Below are positions 59,609 to 64,000 of a DNA stretch of 64,000 nucleotides, one piece after another. Location: positions 13,845 through 77,844 of the forward strand of contig JBDRHP010000020.1 of assembly GCA_043816785.1 (NCBI GenBank). Reading direction: 5' to 3'. The translations under genes and the position numbers were made by a program. This stretch comes from Candidatus Margulisiibacteriota bacterium (GTDB lineage Bacteria; Margulisbacteria; WOR-1; O2-12-FULL-45-9). Each line of letters begins with the position of its first letter. Position 1 is the stretch's first letter. The notes beneath the pieces were generated by a model. That model searched no databases and was not told the DNA's origin. It worked only from the letters and a program-made list of their open reading frames with translations.

Positions 59609-60607
59609 ATGTTTAAAAATTTATTAAAGAACAAAAAATTAGTTATAGGGCTGGTGATCGTGCTGGTGATTGTCATTGGCATTGTTATTATTCGCACTCG
59701 GAGTGGTGGCGTGGAAATAAAAGTGGGCAAAGTTAGCCGCGGAAATATCTTGAGCATGGTGTCTGCTTCAGGTTTAGTGCGGGCTAATTCTGTAAAACTT
59801 GGCACAGCCATGGCTGCGGGCAGGGTTGATTGGGTAGGGGTTGAAGAAGGCAGTCGAGTATATCGCGGCCAGACCCTGCTGAAACTTGACGGTTTTAACC
59901 AGGCAGAAAAAGAGCATAAACGTCTTCAACAATTACATGACCAGGGATTTGTCAGTGATTTAGAGCTGGAAAGAGCCAAAACTGTGATGGACAATGCCCG
60001 GGTGGTTGCGCCTTTTTCAGGCATTGTGGCTGAAAAAGCAGTTATCCCTGGAGAAGCGATTTCCATGGGGGTTCCGGTCTTGACCGTGGTGGATATAGAT
60101 AACCCGTGGGTAGAAATTCAGGTTGATGAAGTTGATGTTGGAGTAGTAAAAGTAGGGCAACGTGTTAGGTTTACGACTGATGCTTTTCCTGACCAGGAAT
60201 TTTTTGGTCAGATCACCTGGTTAAATAAAAAAGCTGAACTGAAAAAAGTTGGCGGCCGGGTCCGCTTTGATGAAGAAGACCAGGTTTTTCGTGGCAAAGT
60301 TAAATTTGAAGATGGCAGTGATCTGCTGCGGCCAGGCATGACAGTTTATGCGGAAATAATTACCGGCGAGAAAAAAGATGTTGTCGTTGCCCCGCGGGAA
60401 GCGATAACTTTGCGCAGCGGCAAAAGGATTGCCTTTGTGATTAAGAATGATCGGGCCAGATCGGTGGAAGTTGAATTGGGGCTCAAGGACGCGGAAAAAG
60501 TTGAAATACTCAAGGGCCTGTCTGTGGGGCAAACAGTGGCAGTTTCTAATTTAGACAATATCAAGGAGAAATCAAAAGTTAAAATTGTGAAGAATAATAA
60601 TGAGTAG
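59609..60607 (+). CDS. HlyD/MacA-family periplasmic adaptor subunit.
   Basis: N-terminal TM anchor followed by biotinyl/lipoyl-like and beta-barrel segments. Confidence 0.8.
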   Translation: MFKNLLKNKKLVIGLVIVLVIVIGIVIIRTRSGGVEIKVGKVSRGNILSMVSASGLVRANSVKLGTAMAAGRVDWVGVEEGSRVYRGQTLLKLDGFNQAEKEHKRLQQLHDQGFVSDLELERAKTVMDNARVVAPFSGIVAEKAVIPGEAISMGVPVLTVVDIDNPWVEIQVDEVDVGVVKVGQRVRFTTDAFPDQEFFGQITWLNKKAELKKVGGRVRFDEEDQVFRGKVKFEDGSDLLRPGMTVYAEIITGEKKDVVVAPREAITLRSGKRIAFVIKNDRARSVEVELGLKDAEKVEILKGLSVGQTVAVSNLDNIKEKSKVKIVKNNNE

Positions 60608-61304
60608 AATTGTAAAAGTTGAAAATTTGCGCAAGACCTATGTTTTAGGGCAAGTAAAAGTTCCGGCCCTGCGCGGCTTATCCTTTGAGATCCAAAAAAA
60701 TGAGTTTGTTTCAATCACCGGGCCGTCTGGCTGCGGTAAATCTACGCTGATGCATTTAATTGGTTGCCTGGACCATCCCAACTCCGGCGCAGTTTATCTT
60801 GACGGCACCAATGTGTCAAAACTTAATGATAATCAATTGGCAGAAATCCGCAATAAGAAAATCGGCTTTGTTTTCCAGACTTTTAACCTGTTATCCCGGC
60901 TCAGTGCGCTGGAAAATGTCGAGCTGCCCCTGATCTACGGGTATTTTTCGCCAAAAGAAATGAAAGAGAGATCAATGGCCATGCTGGAAAAAGTTGGTTT
61001 AGCGCATCGGGCAGAGCACCGTCCGCCGGAGATGTCCGGTGGCGAACGACAACGAGTAGCGATTGCCCGGGCCTTGGTCATTGATCCGGCAATTATTTTG
61101 GCGGATGAACCAACCGGCAATCTGGATTCAAAATCAAGCGAAGAGATCATGGCCATCTTTCAGGGACTTAATAATGAGGGTGCGACTATTATTATGGTTA
61201 CCCATGAGCACGATATTGCCAACTGCACCAAACGGACTATTCAATTAAAGGATGGTCAAATCCTTTCTGATCAGCTTGTTAAGCAAACTATAATCGGAGG
61301 ATAA
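60600..61304 (+). CDS. ABC transporter ATP-binding protein, MacB/LolD-like.
   Basis: Walker [10 protein letters not shown], the LSGGERQR signature, and Walker [12 protein letters not shown]. Confidence 0.9.
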   Translation: MSRIVKVENLRKTYVLGQVKVPALRGLSFEIQKNEFVSITGPSGCGKSTLMHLIGCLDHPNSGAVYLDGTNVSKLNDNQLAEIRNKKIGFVFQTFNLLSRLSALENVELPLIYGYFSPKEMKERSMAMLEKVGLAHRAEHRPPEMSGGERQRVAIARALVIDPAIILADEPTGNLDSKSSEEIMAIFQGLNNEGATIIMVTHEHDIANCTKRTIQLKDGQILSDQLVKQTIIGG

Positions 61305-61305
61305 A

Positions 61306-62517
61306 TTGAGAATCTTCCAGGTTTTCCCCATTGCTTTGCGGGCCTTAAGAGCTAACCCCATGCGCAGCACGCTGACCATGTTAGGTGTGATCATTGGTGT
61401 TTTTATTGTTATCACCACTGTCAGTATGGGCGAGGGAGCCAAGAATTTTGTTTATGACCAGATGTCCTCATTTGGGGTAGGCGCTAATAGTATCGGCATA
61501 TACGGCGCGCCAGAGACCGAATCAGAAGGCATGGGCATGATGACCGTGGCTTTTATGAAGTCTTCGATCACCCGGCGTGATATTGAGGCGATCAAGGAAC
61601 GGGTGTCGGGGATTAAAGCGGTCGTGCCCGTGATTGTGGGTAGTGGTGAATTTAAGTATGGTAAGAAAATATATGAAACCCCTTTAGTGTATGGCACGAC
61701 CGAAGACTACGCCCTGATGGTCGATGGCCTTGTCAAAGAGGGAAGGTTTTTTACCCCCTTGGATATTGCTTATCGCAAAAGGGTCGTCTTTTTGGGCCAG
61801 AAGGTTGCGCAAGGGCTGTTTGGTGATTTTCCGGCGTTGGGGGAGACGGTTCGGATAAACGGAGTCCCTTTTAAAGTGATCGGCATTATGAAAGCAATGG
61901 GCTCGATGTTCGGTATGAGCATGGATGACCAGGCTGCCATCCCCATTACCACTGCGGAAACCCTCTTTGATAAGACCGAGATAATGGAAACCTGGGCGTC
62001 GGTTCGTGAGAATGTTTCAGTGCCTAAGGTAGAACAAGCTATTCGGGCGGTTTTGCTGGAGCGCCACGGCGAGGAGGACTTTCAGTTAAGAATGGCCACC
62101 GAGATGTTGAACCAACTCGATATGATCTTGAGTGTGTTGACCGCGGTTGTATCGGCTATTGCCGCGATCTCTCTATTAGTGGGAAGTGTTGGCATTATGA
62201 ACATCATGCTGGTGTCGGTTTCAGAGCGGGTCCAGGAAATCGGTATCCGTAAATCAGTCGGCGCCAGAAAAAGTGATATTTTTCTGCAATTCCTGATCGA
62301 GTCTGTCACGATTAGTTTTATGGGGGGAGTGATCGGGATTTTATTTTCAGCGCTGGTATTATTTCTAATGGGGCAGTATGCGGGCTTAAGGTTGGTGCCG
62401 TCTCTTAACGCGGTAATCATGGCTGTTACCGTTGCAATCGTTGTCGGAATCATTTCTGGTGTTTATCCGGCTATGCGTGCAGCGAGGCTTGATCCGGTTG
62501 AGGCTTTGCGAGGATAA
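61306..62517 (+). CDS. ABC transporter permease with an FtsX-like fold (MacB-type).
   Basis: N-terminal TM segment, a periplasmic domain, and three C-terminal TM helices. Confidence 0.8.
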   Translation: MRIFQVFPIALRALRANPMRSTLTMLGVIIGVFIVITTVSMGEGAKNFVYDQMSSFGVGANSIGIYGAPETESEGMGMMTVAFMKSSITRRDIEAIKERVSGIKAVVPVIVGSGEFKYGKKIYETPLVYGTTEDYALMVDGLVKEGRFFTPLDIAYRKRVVFLGQKVAQGLFGDFPALGETVRINGVPFKVIGIMKAMGSMFGMSMDDQAAIPITTAETLFDKTEIMETWASVRENVSVPKVEQAIRAVLLERHGEEDFQLRMATEMLNQLDMILSVLTAVVSAIAAISLLVGSVGIMNIMLVSVSERVQEIGIRKSVGARKSDIFLQFLIESVTISFMGGVIGILFSALVLFLMGQYAGLRLVPSLNAVIMAVTVAIVVGIISGVYPAMRAARLDPVEALRG

Positions 62518-62520
62518 CTT

Positions 62521-63714
62521 ATGACAATTCTTGAAGCAATTATTATGGCTTGGAAAGATATTATGCGGGCAAAGATGCGCAGCTTTTTGACTATGCTGGG
62601 TGTGATAATCGGTATCTTTTCCGTCATCAGTTTAGTTACCTTAGGCGAGGGCATGAAAGGGTTCATGTATGAGCAGATCGACAAGTTCGGCACTGGTCCA
62701 ACCTACATGGAGGTCCACGGCGGCAAGGAAGGCCAAATGGCGGCCATGGCTACGGTTAAAATAACCTACCAGGATGCCAAAGCGATCGAGGAGAAATGTT
62801 CCTCCTGCGAACTGGTTGATCCGCGTAATATACAATCGGGTAAGATCACTTACCTCGACAAGTCGTATACCAGCCCGATGATCTCTGGTTCGACGCCAGC
62901 GCTAATGCAGCAAATGAACTGGGGCGTGAGTCAGGGACGATTTATTACCAATGTTGATGTGGACGGCAGAAAAAAGGTTGTAGTAATTGGGCAAGACCTG
63001 GCCAAAAAGTTGTTTGGTAGTTTTGCCGCAGTGGGAGAAAAGATTCGGATCAATGGCAAAAAATTCCTGGTGGTTGGTTTGCTTAAGAAAAAGGGTTCGA
63101 TCATGGGGTTTAATATGGATGAATATGTTGTTATTCCGGTTACCACGGCTGAGGATGTTTTTGAGACTGACCGGCTGGCCGAGATTGGGGTGGTGGCCAG
63201 GTCCATAGAATTAGTTCCACAGGCAGTGGCGGAGATTAAAGAAATAATGACTGAGCGCCATGGCAGCGAGGATATCCGCGTTGACACGATGGAGAATTCC
63301 ATGGCCATGATGGATACTATCATGAATGCCTTGACTGCGATTGTTACGGGCATTGCTGCTATTTCACTTTTGGTCGGTGGCATTGGTATTATGAATATTA
63401 TGTTGGTGGCAGTTAATGAGCGCGTCAGGGAGATTGGCGTGCGCAAGGCAATTGGCGCCAAGAAACGTGATATCCTGGTTCAATTCCTGACTGAATCCAT
63501 CATTATCAGTTTATTGGGCGGTGTAATTGGTATAGCTGCTGGAGTTGGGCTTGCTTCGCTTATTATGGTAGTGATCGGCATGCCGCTGGTTGTTTCTGTT
63601 TGGGCGATTTTCCTGGCTACTTTTGTGGCGATCTTTGTTGGCGTTGTTTCAGGCGTTTATCCGGCGATGAGAGCTGCGGCTTTGGATCCGGTGGAAGCGC
63701 TTAGATATGAATAA
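62521..63714 (+). CDS. ABC transporter permease with an FtsX-like fold; a paralog of the preceding gene.
   Basis: Same architecture as the preceding permease. Confidence 0.8.
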   Translation: MTILEAIIMAWKDIMRAKMRSFLTMLGVIIGIFSVISLVTLGEGMKGFMYEQIDKFGTGPTYMEVHGGKEGQMAAMATVKITYQDAKAIEEKCSSCELVDPRNIQSGKITYLDKSYTSPMISGSTPALMQQMNWGVSQGRFITNVDVDGRKKVVVIGQDLAKKLFGSFAAVGEKIRINGKKFLVVGLLKKKGSIMGFNMDEYVVIPVTTAEDVFETDRLAEIGVVARSIELVPQAVAEIKEIMTERHGSEDIRVDTMENSMAMMDTIMNALTAIVTGIAAISLLVGGIGIMNIMLVAVNERVREIGVRKAIGAKKRDILVQFLTESIIISLLGGVIGIAAGVGLASLIMVVIGMPLVVSVWAIFLATFVAIFVGVVSGVYPAMRAAALDPVEALRYE

Positions 63715-63916
63715 GCTCTAAACCCTCATCCCTATTTTTTGTAAATTGTTCGCTTTTTCATTAATTGCCCTTCTCCCATGCAGACTGGGTCAGATGGGGG
63801 AAGGAATGTATGTTAAATGTCGACGACAAAAATACCAAACATCGACGATAAAACGATCAATTATAGCTTTTTGCCATGCTATAATCATATTATATCGCAA
63901 AACAAGGAGGATGGCT

Positions 63917-64000
63917 ATGGCATATAAATGTGGTAATCGGGCGCAAACAACATTTCTACCCTCGACTATTGAGGATTATGTCACCCAGCAAGATCCTGTA
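63917..64000 (+). CDS. Possible IS5/IS1182-family transposase N-terminus, truncated by the window end.
   Basis: RBS AAGGAGG followed by MAYKCGNRAQTTFLPSTIEDYVTQQDPV, which resembles the DUF772 transposase N-terminal pattern R.Q..LLP..L.DY....PVR. Confidence 0.4.
   Translation, partial: MAYKCGNRAQTTFLPSTIEDYVTQQDPV

Overview
The window is a chromosomal replication-origin region of a diderm (LPS-producing) bacterium with roughly 50% GC. The minus strand carries dnaA, dnaN, a DUF721 gene, gyrB and gyrA; the plus strand carries rpmH, rnpA, yidD, yidC, jag and mnmE. These two blocks diverge from an AT-rich intergenic region that holds DnaA boxes and is the likely oriC. Other core blocks are a uvrC(partial)-rplI-rpsR-ssb-ssb-rpsF cluster, nadC-cdsA-uppS-frr-pyrH, and skp-lpxD with a GT4 glycosyltransferase. 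A translationally coupled lipid A operon runs vanW-lpxC-(fabZ-lpxA fusion)-lpxB-degT-gfo-rseP, and tRNA-Thr(GGU)-tuf sits upstream of it. The window also holds a gcvT-gcvH-gcvPA cluster, a short cobalamin-dependent metH, and a TolC/HlyD/MacB-type efflux operon. Accessory content comprises a roughly 2 kb group II intron with an intact RT/maturase, an AT-rich small gene inserted at the gcvT 5' end next to a decayed duplicate of the gcvT start, a partial IS-type transposase at the window end, and a cluster of hypothetical genes (a GH16, an HExxH protein, and an outer-membrane protein with a coiled-coil, poly-Pro linker and beta-barrel). Repeated motifs that no gene explains include a 20/18-bp palindrome that occurs twice in the yidC-mnmE operon, tandem perfect DnaA boxes over the folD RBS, and two arrays of TATCAGA repeats. 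No CRISPR array or rRNA gene is present.
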